In this document: piece by piece, positions 1-9,027 of the stretch
Numbering within the stretch: the first letter of the stretch is position 1
Layout of the letters: each line of letters starts with the position of its first letter
Assembly: GCA_963752285.1 (NCBI GenBank)
Contig: CAVVXN010000003.1
Coordinates: 384,001 to 448,000, forward strand
Source: an uncultured Planctomycetota bacterium
Lineage (GTDB): Bacteria; Planctomycetota; PLA2; JAEUHO01
DNA length: 64,000 nt
Direction of reading: 5' to 3'
The notes under the pieces: model-generated
Seen by the model: only the letters and a program-made list of their open reading frames with translations
Told to the model about the DNA's origin: nothing
The model's database searches: none
Program-made: the position numbers and the translations under genes

Positions 1-30
1 GGGGGAGCGGAGCGCCGCTCCCCACCCGAC

Positions 31-450
31 ATGCTGCGCGCGAAGTCACGGACCCCCCGAAGGACCCTCTGCACGCACTGCGACGCGCCACTCGACGTCG
101 ATGCCGAGGCCAAGTCGGTCAGCTGCCCGCACTGCCACCAGCGGGTGATCACCGAGGCGTTGACGGTCAAGGAGTACGTCGCCGTGCGGCGGTTCCACAC
201 CGCGAACCGCATGCGGATCACGAAGAAGGGGCTCGTGTACGCGACGGTCCGCGCGGACGAGCTCGAGATCGAGGGCACGCTCGAGGGCGGCGCGTTCGCG
301 ATGGGCAAGATCCACCTCAAGAAGACCGCGAAGGTGAAGGGCGATCTCCGCGCGCGGTCGCTCCAGATCGACGTCGGCGCGACGCTGGTCGGCGAGGTCC
401 GGATCGGCCCCGCCGAGGTCCCCGAGCTCGAGAACCTCGCCGATCCGTAG
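31..450 (+). CDS. Bactofilin (polymer-forming cytoskeletal protein) with N-terminal zinc ribbon
   Basis: CTHC...CPHC pair followed by bactofilin beta-helix repeats (ADELEIEGTLEG...AKVKGDLRARSLQIDVGATLVGEVRI). Confidence 0.85.
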   Translation: MLRAKSRTPRRTLCTHCDAPLDVDAEAKSVSCPHCHQRVITEALTVKEYVAVRRFHTANRMRITKKGLVYATVRADELEIEGTLEGGAFAMGKIHLKKTAKVKGDLRARSLQIDVGATLVGEVRIGPAEVPELENLADP

Positions 451-486
451 CCGCCGGGGTCCGCCGATCGACGGAGTCGGGTCCGT

Positions 487-1989
487 TCAGACGGGGCGGG
501 CGCCGGCGCTCGTGCGGTGGGGGAGCATCCGTGCCACGTCGCGCGCGATCTTGATGGCGCTCACGAACACGACGAAGAACTCGAGGCGACCGAGCAGCAT
601 CGCGACCGTCTCGGTCCAGAGGACCGAGCCGGGCGCACCGACCGCGGTCACGCCGACCGACAGGCCCACGGTGCCGAGCGCGGACGCCGCCTCGAAGAGC
701 GCGGGTGCGAGCGCGTAGCCGCTCGCCGTGATCACGCAAGCGGCGACGAGCCAGGTGGCCACGTAGAGGAACGCGAAGCTGCCGAGGCGCCACAGCTCCC
801 CCTCCCGGAGCACGATCCTCGACTCTCCCTCCCATACCTTTGGGCGGTCCACCGCGGTCCGGGGCAGGAGCGCGCGGCGCACCTCCCAGGCGACGGCCTT
901 TCCCAGGCGGTACACCCGCATCTGCTTCAAGCCCCCCGCCGTGGAACAGGTCCCGCCGCCGGCGAGCATCAGCACGATCAGGAGGAGCACGCCGAGGCCG
1001 TTCCACGCGCCGTACGACACCGTCGAGAACCCCGTGGTCGTCAGCGCGCTCGTGGCCTCGAACACGGCGACGCGGAACGCCTTCGGCAGCTCCGGGTACA
1101 GCCACCGGGTCGTGCCGAGGAAGAGGACCGCGATCGAGAGCGGCAGCAGCCACGCGGTGAGGCGTATCTCCCCGTTTCGCGCAACCGTGCCGAGGCGCCC
1201 CCGGATGAGCGCCCATGCGGTGAGGAAGCTCAGGTTTCCGAGGATCATGAGCGGGATCGTCACCGCCTCCACGGCGACCGAGTCCCAGTGGCCGATGCTC
1301 GCTCCCCAGGTCGAGAAGCCGCCCGTCGAGACAGCGGCGAACGCGTGGTTCACGGCGTCGAAGGGGGAGAGGCCCACGAGCAGGTAGGCGGCGACGCCGA
1401 GGACCGCGTAGCCGGCGTAGATCAGGAGAACGAGTCGCGCCGACCTTCGGACGTGCGGCACGAGCTGATCGCCCCGGCCCTCGGCCGCCGAGAACCCGGA
1501 TCCCTGCGGACCGAGCACCGCCGAGAGCATCAGGATCGCCAGGCCCGCGCCACCGGCGAGCTGAAGCACGCTCCGCCAGAGGAGGATCGTGCGGGGTGCG
1601 GTTTCGACGTCCACCACCGAGAGGCCGGTCGTCGTCCAGCCGCTGACCGACTCGAACACGGCCCGGGTCGCGTCCAGGTGGAGCACCGCCGCGAACGGCC
1701 ACGCGGCGAAGCATGCGGCCAGGACCCACGTGAGGAGGACGATCACGCCTCCCTCCTGCACCGTGAGCGCCGGAGGCGTGTCGGGACGCAGGAGGCGCCA
1801 GGCGGCGAGCCCGGCCACGATCTCCACGCCGGCAGGACCCAGGAACGCTCCCGCCAGGCCGGACTCCTCGGGACGGGCCAGGATCTCCAGGAGCGGTGTG
1901 AGCTCGAGCGCTCCCGCCAGCGCGAGGGTCACGCCCGTGTAGGACAGGAGCGCGCGGTACCGCGTCCGCAGCCACGTCGGCTCGCGCAC
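487..1989 (-). CDS. trkH: TrkH family potassium uptake membrane subunit
   Basis: Four pore-loop motifs FESVSGWTTTG, AVSTGGFS, SALTTTGF, SALGTVGLSVG; C-terminal MLLGRLEF. Confidence 0.95.
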   Translation of the reverse strand: MREPTWLRTRYRALLSYTGVTLALAGALELTPLLEILARPEESGLAGAFLGPAGVEIVAGLAAWRLLRPDTPPALTVQEGGVIVLLTWVLAACFAAWPFAAVLHLDATRAVFESVSGWTTTGLSVVDVETAPRTILLWRSVLQLAGGAGLAILMLSAVLGPQGSGFSAAEGRGDQLVPHVRRSARLVLLIYAGYAVLGVAAYLLVGLSPFDAVNHAFAAVSTGGFSTWGASIGHWDSVAVEAVTIPLMILGNLSFLTAWALIRGRLGTVARNGEIRLTAWLLPLSIAVLFLGTTRWLYPELPKAFRVAVFEATSALTTTGFSTVSYGAWNGLGVLLLIVLMLAGGGTCSTAGGLKQMRVYRLGKAVAWEVRRALLPRTAVDRPKVWEGESRIVLREGELWRLGSFAFLYVATWLVAACVITASGYALAPALFEAASALGTVGLSVGVTAVGAPGSVLWTETVAMLLGRLEFFVVFVSAIKIARDVARMLPHRTSAGARPV

Positions 1990-1991
1990 GA

Positions 1992-2651
1992 TCAGGCCTC
2001 GCCCGTGAAGACCTTGAGCACGGGCCCGTGGTTCTCCGGGAGCGTGACGAGGAGCACACGGTCCCTCGCCTCGAGACGGGTCGCGCCCCGCGGGACGATC
2101 GGTTCGCTGCCGCGGATCACGACCGCCACGAGCGCGCCTTCGGGGAGCGGCAGCTCGCTCAGCGTGTGCCCGGTCGCGGGGGAGTCCGCGGGAAGGACCA
2201 CCTCCGTCACGTTCACGCGCCCCTCGCCGAGCGAGAGCAGGTTCGTGATCGAGGCGAGCGAGACCCGCTGCTCGATGAGGTGCGATATCACCTCGACCGT
2301 CGAGAAGGCGGTGATGCCGAGCTGCTCGAACACGTTCCTGTTGTCCGGGTCGTTGGCGAGCGCGAGCGTCCGCGGCACCTCGTAGAGGAGCGAGGCGAGC
2401 TGCGCCGTGACCAGGTTGTCGTGGTCGCGGTCGGTCAGGGCGAGGACCACGTCCGCCCCGGCCGCTCCCGCCTCCCGCAGGATCCGGGGGTCGCTCCCGT
2501 CGCCGTGCACGACCACCGCGCCCAGGCGACGGGCGAGGTCCTCGCAGGTCGCCGCGTCCGGGTGGACGATCGTGACCCGGTCTCCGCGCGCGACGAGGCT
2601 TCGCGCGAGGAAGTAGCGTGCGGCGCCGCCGTCCACCAGGAGGATCCTCAC
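1992..2651 (-). CDS. trkA: TrkA family RCK_N + RCK_C regulatory subunit
   Basis: VVHGDGSDPRILREAG, DHDNLV, C-terminal TrkA-C (LPEGALVAVVIRG..IVPRGATRLEARDRV); adjacent to trkH. Confidence 0.9.
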   Translation of the reverse strand: MRILLVDGGAARYFLARSLVARGDRVTIVHPDAATCEDLARRLGAVVVHGDGSDPRILREAGAAGADVVLALTDRDHDNLVTAQLASLLYEVPRTLALANDPDNRNVFEQLGITAFSTVEVISHLIEQRVSLASITNLLSLGEGRVNVTEVVLPADSPATGHTLSELPLPEGALVAVVIRGSEPIVPRGATRLEARDRVLLVTLPENHGPVLKVFTGEA

Positions 2652-3094
2652 GGGCGGGCTCCTCCCGCCCGTGCCCGCCGGGCCGACGTCCTCTCGACGG
2701 TGTCGAGGAACAGCTCGGCCGCGACCGTGGTCGGGCAGATCGTCTCGATGCCGAGGCGCGCGTAGACGGCTTCCCGACTCGGGTCGTACACCCGCGCGAC
2801 CACGTGCGGGACGCCGAACACCCGTCGGGCGACCTGGGCCACCATGAGGTTCGCGTTGTCCGCGTGCGTCGTGGCGATCACCACGTCCGCCTTCTCCAGG
2901 CCCGCCTGCCGCAGGACCGCGAGGTGGGAGGCGTCACCTTCCACCCGAAAGCCCCCGAACGACGCCGGGAGCGCCGCGAGCCGCTGCGGGTCGCGGTCGA
3001 TCACGACGACCGCATCGCCCCGCCGGCTGAGCGCGTCCGCGAGACGCGACCCCAGGCGTCCGGCCCCGACGACCACGACGAAGAGCTCAGTCAC
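2648..3094 (-). CDS. trkA: TrkA family RCK_N-only (NAD-binding) subunit
   Basis: VVVVGAGRLG Rossmann motif, GDAS..LRQAGLEKADVVIATT, VVARVYDP, ICPT; start placed at GTG 3094, overlapping the upstream stop. Confidence 0.85.
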   Translation of the reverse strand: MTELFVVVVGAGRLGSRLADALSRRGDAVVVIDRDPQRLAALPASFGGFRVEGDASHLAVLRQAGLEKADVVIATTHADNANLMVAQVARRVFGVPHVVARVYDPSREAVYARLGIETICPTTVAAELFLDTVERTSARRARAGGARP

Positions 3095-3797
3095 GGCGTC
3101 GCTCCGACGGTGGCGTTCCGGGCTCCTGGGGCTCCTCCAACTGGATCCCACCGCCCGGGGCGAACGAGGTGATGCGGTCGAGGTTGCTCCACGCGGGCCC
3201 GTACCGGGGGTCGATCGACAGCGCGGCGCGGTAGAACCGACGGGCGGCCGGCGCGTCCCCGCGGATCTCGAGGACGGCGCCGAGGAGGTTGTAGGCCTCA
3301 GGTCGCGCGGGGTCCTCTCCCACGACCCGGCGGAGCACGGCCTCGGCGTCGGCGAAGCGGCGGTCCGTCACGTGACGCTTGGCGAGATGGATCAGGCTCT
3401 CGACGTCGGGATGCTCCGCCTCTTCCAGCGACTCGCGGTCCAGGATGGCCTGCACGAGCCCCCGGACGTCGTCGGGCCGGAAGGGCTTCTCGAGGAAGTC
3501 CACGGCCCCGAGCTTCATGGCCTCGACGGCGGACGCGACGGTGCCGTGCGCGGTCAGGATCGCGACGCGTACGCCCGGCCACCGGAGCCGAAGCCGGCGG
3601 AGGACCTCCAGGCCGTCGATCCCCGGCATCCTGAGGTCGAGGAGGACGACCGCGACGTCCTCCCGCTCGATCACGCACAGCGCCTCCTCGCCGTTCACCG
3701 CGGTCTTGACCGCAAGGCCCAGGCCCTGCAGCGCCTCCGAGAGCGTGAGGCGTATGTTGTGCTCGTCATCCACGATCAGAAGCGTGCGAGGCGCCAT
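3087..3797 (-). CDS. Response regulator: receiver domain plus TPR
   Basis: LLIVDDE, LLDLRMPGIDG, LTAHG, FLEKPF; TPR-like C-terminus (PEAYNLLGAVLE..ARRFYRAALSIDPRY). Confidence 0.9.
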   Translation of the reverse strand: MAPRTLLIVDDEHNIRLTLSEALQGLGLAVKTAVNGEEALCVIEREDVAVVLLDLRMPGIDGLEVLRRLRLRWPGVRVAILTAHGTVASAVEAMKLGAVDFLEKPFRPDDVRGLVQAILDRESLEEAEHPDVESLIHLAKRHVTDRRFADAEAVLRRVVGEDPARPEAYNLLGAVLEIRGDAPAARRFYRAALSIDPRYGPAWSNLDRITSFAPGGGIQLEEPQEPGTPPSERRRD

Positions 3798-5634
3798 GCC
3801 GATCCTCCTCGTCCGCCACGGGCAGCGTGAACGTGAACAGGCTGCCGTGTCCTTCCTTCGACTCGACCCAGATCGTCCCGCCGTGGGCGCGGACGATCTC
3901 CCGCGCGATGGTCAGGCCGAGTCCCGTCCCTCCCGACTCGCGCCCCCGGACCTGCACGAAGCGCTGGAAGATCCGCGACTGGTACTCGGGAGGGATCCCC
4001 GGGCCGTCGTCCCGGACCCCCACGTGCACGAACGCGCCGATCCGCCGGATCCCGATCTCGATGTGGCCCTTCTCCGGCACGTAGCGCAGCGCGTTCGACA
4101 CCAGGTTCGTGAGGACCCAGGTCGCCTTCGCGGCGTCGGCGCGGACGCGGGGAAGCCCGGCCTCTATGCGGCACGAGACCTCCACGCCCCTCTGCTCGGC
4201 CTGCGTGCGGAAGAGTGAGCGGACCCGGTCCACGAGATCGGTGACGTCCACGGGCTCGAACTCGAGGGCGATGCGTCCCGACTCGATCCGGGAGAGATCG
4301 AGCAGGTCCGAGACCAGGGCGACGAGCCTCTGCACCTCCTCGTGCGCGGCGGCCAGGAGACCCTGGTCGCGCGGTGCGAGCGACGCGGCCACGTGCTCGC
4401 GCAGCAGGTCGATGCTCATCCCGATGCTCGCGAGCGGCGTGCGGAGCTCGTGGGAGGCGGCCATCACGAACTCGCTCTTCAGCCGCTCGAGCTCCTTCAG
4501 GCGCGTCACGTCCTTCAGCAGGAGGACGATGCCGCGTCGATCCCCCGCGTGACCCCGAATCGGGGTGGCGGAGACGAGCAGGTGGCGCCGATCGCCGCCC
4601 CGCGCGACCGGCACGACGCGCTCGCGCTCGTCGGCAGGCGTGGTGCGCGGCGCCAGCGCACCTTTCACCAGGTCCACCAGCGGCGCCCCCGGGAGGAGGT
4701 CGGCGCACGTCCGGGGCAAGGGCTCGCCCGGCGGCAGCCCGAGGAGGTGACGGGCGGCCCGGTTCGCGTCGAGGACGCCGAGGTCCGGCGCCAGGACCAC
4801 CAGGCCGTCTTCGATGCTCTGGAGGACGGCCTCGCCCTTCTCCTGCTCCGCCAGCACCTTCTCGATGTTCAGCGCGTGGTACCTCTCGAGCTGCTCCGCC
4901 ATCCGGTTGAACTCGTGAGCCAGCGCCGTGACCTCGTCGCGGCCGGCCGTCGAGACGCGCACGGCGTAGTCGCCGGCGCCCACGCGACGCGAGGCCTGGG
5001 TCAAGGCCGCGAGCGGGCGGGTCACGCGCCCCGAGATCGCCCAGCCGAGGACCGCCGCGACGGCGAGGGCGGCGAGCGCGACCCCCAGCGTGGACCAGAT
5101 CGCGGTGCGCGCGACAAGGTCGGCGCGTTCGCTCGCGTCGTACATCGCGCTCTGGTTGAGGTGCCGGAGCTCGATGCACCTCTCGCGCACGGCGAGGAAC
5201 GCCGGCTGGATCTCCGCCGCGTACCGTGCGAGCGGCTCCGCAGTCGCCGGGGCCGCCGGCCCGACCGCGTCCGCCGAGAGGTCTCGGTAGGACCCGTACC
5301 GTCGCTCGATCGCCCCGAGGAGGTCCCCCTCGCCCGGCAGCGTCACGTTGTCCTTGGCACGTCCCAGCCAGAGCAGGAACACGCCCTCGTTCTCGTGGAA
5401 CGTGGCGCGCCCCTCGTCCGGGCGCCCCCCGAGGGAGAGCAGCACCGCGCTGTCCTGTCGCTCCAGCGAGGAGAGCATCCACTCGGCTGCGAGGATGCTC
5501 CGGTAGTTCTCGCGGAGGATGGCCCCGCTCGCCCGTCCGAGCGACACGAGGTGGAGGACGGCCCACGCGACCACGCCCACCAGGAGGAGCGCGGGGACGG
5601 CGTAGCCGGAGAGGATCTGTTGGCGCAGACGCAC
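3766..5634 (-). CDS. Membrane sensor histidine kinase (4-helix sensor, HAMP, PAS, HisKA, HATPase), KinB-like
   Basis: Two TM segments, HAMP (RDEVTALAHEFNRMA), H-box ASHELRTPL, NLVSNALRY, DDGPGI, GTGLGL; start GTG 5634 inside the long ORF 3766..6888. Confidence 0.92.
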   Translation of the reverse strand: MRLRQQILSGYAVPALLLVGVVAWAVLHLVSLGRASGAILRENYRSILAAEWMLSSLERQDSAVLLSLGGRPDEGRATFHENEGVFLLWLGRAKDNVTLPGEGDLLGAIERRYGSYRDLSADAVGPAAPATAEPLARYAAEIQPAFLAVRERCIELRHLNQSAMYDASERADLVARTAIWSTLGVALAALAVAAVLGWAISGRVTRPLAALTQASRRVGAGDYAVRVSTAGRDEVTALAHEFNRMAEQLERYHALNIEKVLAEQEKGEAVLQSIEDGLVVLAPDLGVLDANRAARHLLGLPPGEPLPRTCADLLPGAPLVDLVKGALAPRTTPADERERVVPVARGGDRRHLLVSATPIRGHAGDRRGIVLLLKDVTRLKELERLKSEFVMAASHELRTPLASIGMSIDLLREHVAASLAPRDQGLLAAAHEEVQRLVALVSDLLDLSRIESGRIALEFEPVDVTDLVDRVRSLFRTQAEQRGVEVSCRIEAGLPRVRADAAKATWVLTNLVSNALRYVPEKGHIEIGIRRIGAFVHVGVRDDGPGIPPEYQSRIFQRFVQVRGRESGGTGLGLTIAREIVRAHGGTIWVESKEGHGSLFTFTLPVADEEDRHGASHASDRG

Positions 5635-5645
5635 GGCGCCCCCGG

Positions 5646-5661
5646 AGCAAGTCCCGCGCCG
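5646..5661 (-). promoter_or_regulatory. Putative sigma-54 (-24/-12) promoter for the kinase-regulator-trkA-trkA-trkH operon
   Basis: Minus strand CGGCGCGGGACTTGCT has GG-N10-GC spacing with TTGCT, close to consensus TGGCACNNNNTTGCW, and lies just downstream of a sigma-54 activator gene. Confidence 0.65.
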
Positions 5662-5704
5662 CGCTGCGCGCGCCCGTGGCGTCGCGACCCGCTGGCGGCC
5701 CGCG

Positions 5705-5750
5705 TTGCGGAGCGCAAGACGTGCGGTGGGGGCGCCCTTGCGGATCGCAC
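5705..5750. promoter_or_regulatory. Two tandem palindromes, candidate upstream activator sequences
   Basis: TTGCG-GAG-CGCAA (5705-5717) and TTGCG-GAT-CGCAC (5738-5750), 33 bp apart, about 75-110 bp upstream of the predicted sigma-54 start site. Confidence 0.55.
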
Positions 5751-5771
5751 GACCCGCGGGCCGGCCGCCGG

Positions 5772-7130
5772 TCAGATCCCGTACGACTTCCTGCGTCGCC
5801 AGAGCGTCGCGGGGTCGATCTCCAGGATCTCGGCGGCGCGCTGCAGCGAAGGCGTCGTCGCCAGCACGCGTCGGATGTGGAGCTCCTCCACCTCCGAGAG
5901 CGGGAGCGGATCGCCGAGCCGGGGCTCGCGGGCCCGCGGCGAGACGGTGCCCGGGAGGTCCTCCGCCCGCACGAGAGGGTCGGAACCGAGGATCACCGCG
6001 CGCTCGACCGCGTTCCGGAGCTCCCGCAGGTTGCCCGGCCACGCGTACGAGCGGAGGCGATCGGCGGCGTCGGGCGAGAAGCCCTCCACACGGCGGGCGC
6101 CGCCCCGGGCGGCGTGGCGGAGGTGCCGCGTTGCGAGCGGCAACACGTCCTCCGGGCGCTCGCGCAAGGGAGGCAGGACCAGGGTGATCACGTCGAGTCG
6201 ATAGAGCAGGTCCTCCCGGAACGAACCGTCGGCGGCGAGGGACTCGAGGTCGCGGTTCGTCGCCGCCAGGATCCGCACGTCCGCCTTTCGCGTGGTTGGG
6301 TCGCCCACGCGTTCGTACTCCCGTTCCTGTACGAAGCGGAGCACCTTGGCTTGGACGGCGGGGGCCAGGTCGCCGATCTCGTCGAGCAGCAGCGTGCCAC
6401 CCTCGCAGGTCTCGATCCGTCCGGGCTGGTCCCGCTCCGCACCGGTGAACGCGCCGCGCACGTGCCCGAACAGCTCGCGCTCGAGGAGCTCGGTCGGCAC
6501 GGCGGGGCACGACACCACCGCGAGCGGGCGGGCGGCCCTCGCGCTCCACGCGTGGAGAGCGCGCGCGAGGACGGTCTTCCCCGTCCCGCTCTCGCCCCGG
6601 AGGAGGACCGTGGCGTCCGAGGCCGCGGCGCGCCTCGCCGTGTCGAGGACCCGTCGCATCCCCGGCGACCGGCTCTCGAGGTCGGGCTCGACGTCGAGGC
6701 GTTCGAGGTCGGTGCGCAAGCGGGCGACCTCGGCCTCCAGCCCGCGCTGGCGCTGGACCAGCCGGGCGAGGGACTCGATCTGCGCCGCGGAGAACGGCTT
6801 CGCGACGTAGTCCACCGCGCCGCGTCGCATCGCCTCCACCGCCGTCTCGACCGACGCGTAGGCCGTGAGGACGACCACCTTCGTCCACGGGGAGGCGCGG
6901 CGGATCTCCGGCAGGAGGTCCAGCCCGTCGTCTGCGCCGAGGCGGACGTCGAGGAGGGCGAGGTCGAAGACCCGTCGCTCGATCTCGCGCCGGGCGTCCA
7001 AAGCGTTCCCGACGGCCACGACCTCGTGTCCTTGCGCCTCGAGGCAGTACGCGACGGTGCGCCTCAGGTTCGGCTCGTCGTCGATGACCAAGACCCGGAG
7101 CGGGGCGCTGTCGGAGGGCGTGGTCGGCAT
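5772..7130 (-). CDS. Sigma-54-dependent response regulator (REC-AAA+-HTH), AlgB/NtrC-like
   Basis: VLVIDDE receiver, GESGTGKT Walker A, GAFTGA loop, LLLDEIGD, WPGNLRELRNAVER, Fis-type HTH; start ATG 7130. Confidence 0.95.
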   Translation of the reverse strand: MPTTPSDSAPLRVLVIDDEPNLRRTVAYCLEAQGHEVVAVGNALDARREIERRVFDLALLDVRLGADDGLDLLPEIRRASPWTKVVVLTAYASVETAVEAMRRGAVDYVAKPFSAAQIESLARLVQRQRGLEAEVARLRTDLERLDVEPDLESRSPGMRRVLDTARRAAASDATVLLRGESGTGKTVLARALHAWSARAARPLAVVSCPAVPTELLERELFGHVRGAFTGAERDQPGRIETCEGGTLLLDEIGDLAPAVQAKVLRFVQEREYERVGDPTTRKADVRILAATNRDLESLAADGSFREDLLYRLDVITLVLPPLRERPEDVLPLATRHLRHAARGGARRVEGFSPDAADRLRSYAWPGNLRELRNAVERAVILGSDPLVRAEDLPGTVSPRAREPRLGDPLPLSEVEELHIRRVLATTPSLQRAAEILEIDPATLWRRRKSYGI

Positions 7131-7212
7131 GGGGCGGCGCCGCGGGCGTCGGGTACGAGGCCCGGGAGGTCTCCCCAGCCTACGCCGGCGCGAGCGGGGG
7201 CGACCCCGCGGC

Positions 7213-7932
7213 CTACCGCGGCGGGCGGATGCCGAGCGTCGCGAGGTCCTCGTCCATGCGGCGGGGCCAGTCGCGGTTTGCGGCGGGGCTGGCCGGGCTC
7301 GGGTGGAGGACGCGCCCGATCCGGAGGGCGCGGTCCGCGAGGGCTTCCCTCGCGCGGGCTTCCGCGAACGCGCCGATGCCCACCACCACCTGTGGCGCGA
7401 GGTGGTCGGCGACGGATCGGAGCGCCTCGTCGCACGCGGCGAAGAGCGGCGCACGCTCGCTCGGAGGGAGACGGTCGGGCGTTCGGTTCCGCCCCCCCGC
7501 CTCCAGGAACGCGAGGGGGCAGTAGTTCCACACGAAGAAGCGCCGGAAGAACCGCGCCGGCGTTCGGTACCGGTCGCGCGCCCACGACCAGAGACGCGTC
7601 CCGCTGACCTCGCTCCGCACGGAGCCAAAGCCCTCGACGGGGCGCTTCGGGTGCTCGCCCGCGGGCTTCGTGACCTCGCCCCCGATCCGGAGCCAGTCGC
7701 GGACCATCGCGACGTCGCCGAAGGGCACGCCCGTTTGCGCCATCCCGAACGGGCCGGGGTTCATCCCGACGAGGAGCACTTCGCGGGGCGCGGCCTCCCC
7801 GTACCGCTCGAGGTAGGCCTCGTGGGGCGCCCGCGCATACACGAGCGGGTCGTAGACCGCGGCCACCGGCGGGCCGAACTCCAGGGGCTCGACGGCGCGG
7901 ACGAGTCGGCGGCTCGTGGCGACCAAGGACAC
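7213..7932 (-). CDS. smug1: SMUG1-family (family 3) uracil-DNA glycosylase
   Basis: GMNPGPFGMAQTGVPFG, SEVSGTRLW, NYCPL, HPSPASPAAN motifs. Confidence 0.93.
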   Translation of the reverse strand: MSLVATSRRLVRAVEPLEFGPPVAAVYDPLVYARAPHEAYLERYGEAAPREVLLVGMNPGPFGMAQTGVPFGDVAMVRDWLRIGGEVTKPAGEHPKRPVEGFGSVRSEVSGTRLWSWARDRYRTPARFFRRFFVWNYCPLAFLEAGGRNRTPDRLPPSERAPLFAACDEALRSVADHLAPQVVVGIGAFAEARAREALADRALRIGRVLHPSPASPAANRDWPRRMDEDLATLGIRPPR

Positions 7933-8000
7933 GGTCGGGGAGGCTACCAGGGCGTTTCGAGGTATCCGTCTCGTTCGAGGGCGCGTACCGTCTCCTGGCC

Positions 8001-8846
8001 ATGGCCCTCCTCGACCGCATCCGCGCCATCACGCGCCACGACCCCACTCGCTACCGGCCCTTCGTCGTGGACGACGAGCCGATGGGGGCCGTCCGCGAGG
8101 ATCACCTGGTGCACCTCGCGCGGCACCCGAGGGTCTTCACGGTCGGTCCCCGCGTGGTGACGCTCGCCGGCGGTCACGCCACGCCCGGGGAGCGCACGGC
8201 GGCCGTGGACACCGTCGTCGAGGACCTCCACGCGCGCCGTCTCATCGCGCCCCCCTACGGTGAGCAGTTCCCGGTCGCGCGCTCGTTCGGCGAGAAGCCC
8301 CGGTTCCTCCTCGATCGCTCCGCGGTCACCTTCTTCGGGGTGCGCGCGTGGGGCGTCCACCTGAACGGGTACGTCGGCGAGGGCGACGCGATGGGCATCT
8401 GGGTCGCGCGCCGCTCGAGCCAGGTCCTCGTCGAGCCCGGGAAGCTCGACCACCTCACGGCTGGTGGGCAGCCGCACGGCATCTCCCTCCTCGAGAACCT
8501 GCGGAAGGAGGCCGAGGAGGAGGCCGGCATCCCCGCCGAGGTCGTCGAGCACGCGATCCCGACCGGCGTCGTCACCTACCGGTTCGACGCGGACGACGGC
8601 CTCAGGGACGACGTGCTCTTCACGTTCGACCTCGAGCTTCCGCTCGACTTCCGCCCGAAGAGCCACGACCAGGAGCTCGAGGACTTCGCGATCTGGCCCG
8701 TGGACCGCGTCCTCGCCATGGTGCGCGACACGCGGTCGTTCAAGTTCAACGTGGGGCCGGTCGTCATCGACTTCCTCGTACGCCACGGCCGGATCGGGCC
8801 GGAGGAGCCGGACTACGAGGCGATCGTCCGCGGTCTGAGGTCCTGA
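8001..8846 (+). CDS. NUDIX hydrolase with DUF4743-like N-terminus
   Basis: FGVRAWGVHLNGYV, IWVARRS, PGKLDHLTAGG...KEAEEEAGI Nudix box, FKFN, DFLVRHG. Confidence 0.85.
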   Translation: MALLDRIRAITRHDPTRYRPFVVDDEPMGAVREDHLVHLARHPRVFTVGPRVVTLAGGHATPGERTAAVDTVVEDLHARRLIAPPYGEQFPVARSFGEKPRFLLDRSAVTFFGVRAWGVHLNGYVGEGDAMGIWVARRSSQVLVEPGKLDHLTAGGQPHGISLLENLRKEAEEEAGIPAEVVEHAIPTGVVTYRFDADDGLRDDVLFTFDLELPLDFRPKSHDQELEDFAIWPVDRVLAMVRDTRSFKFNVGPVVIDFLVRHGRIGPEEPDYEAIVRGLRS

Positions 8847-9027
8847 ACCCGGCGCCGCGGGCTCGAGCCGGGTCGGCGGGCCCTCCGGCGGTACCGCGCG
8901 CGGGCCGATGGATGGTCTGGAGGCGCTCGCACCCCGGGCTCGCCCCCGCGTCCCGGGTAAGGTTCAAGTTCGCGGGAGGGACTTGCCGAAGGGGACGTAG
9001 AGACTCGCGTCCCGGAGCCCTTCCGTC

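Noticed and set aside
3766..6888. 1040-aa kinase with a long N-terminal extension
   Set aside because: The extension is an off-frame reading of the sigma-54 regulator gene; the real start is GTG 5634.
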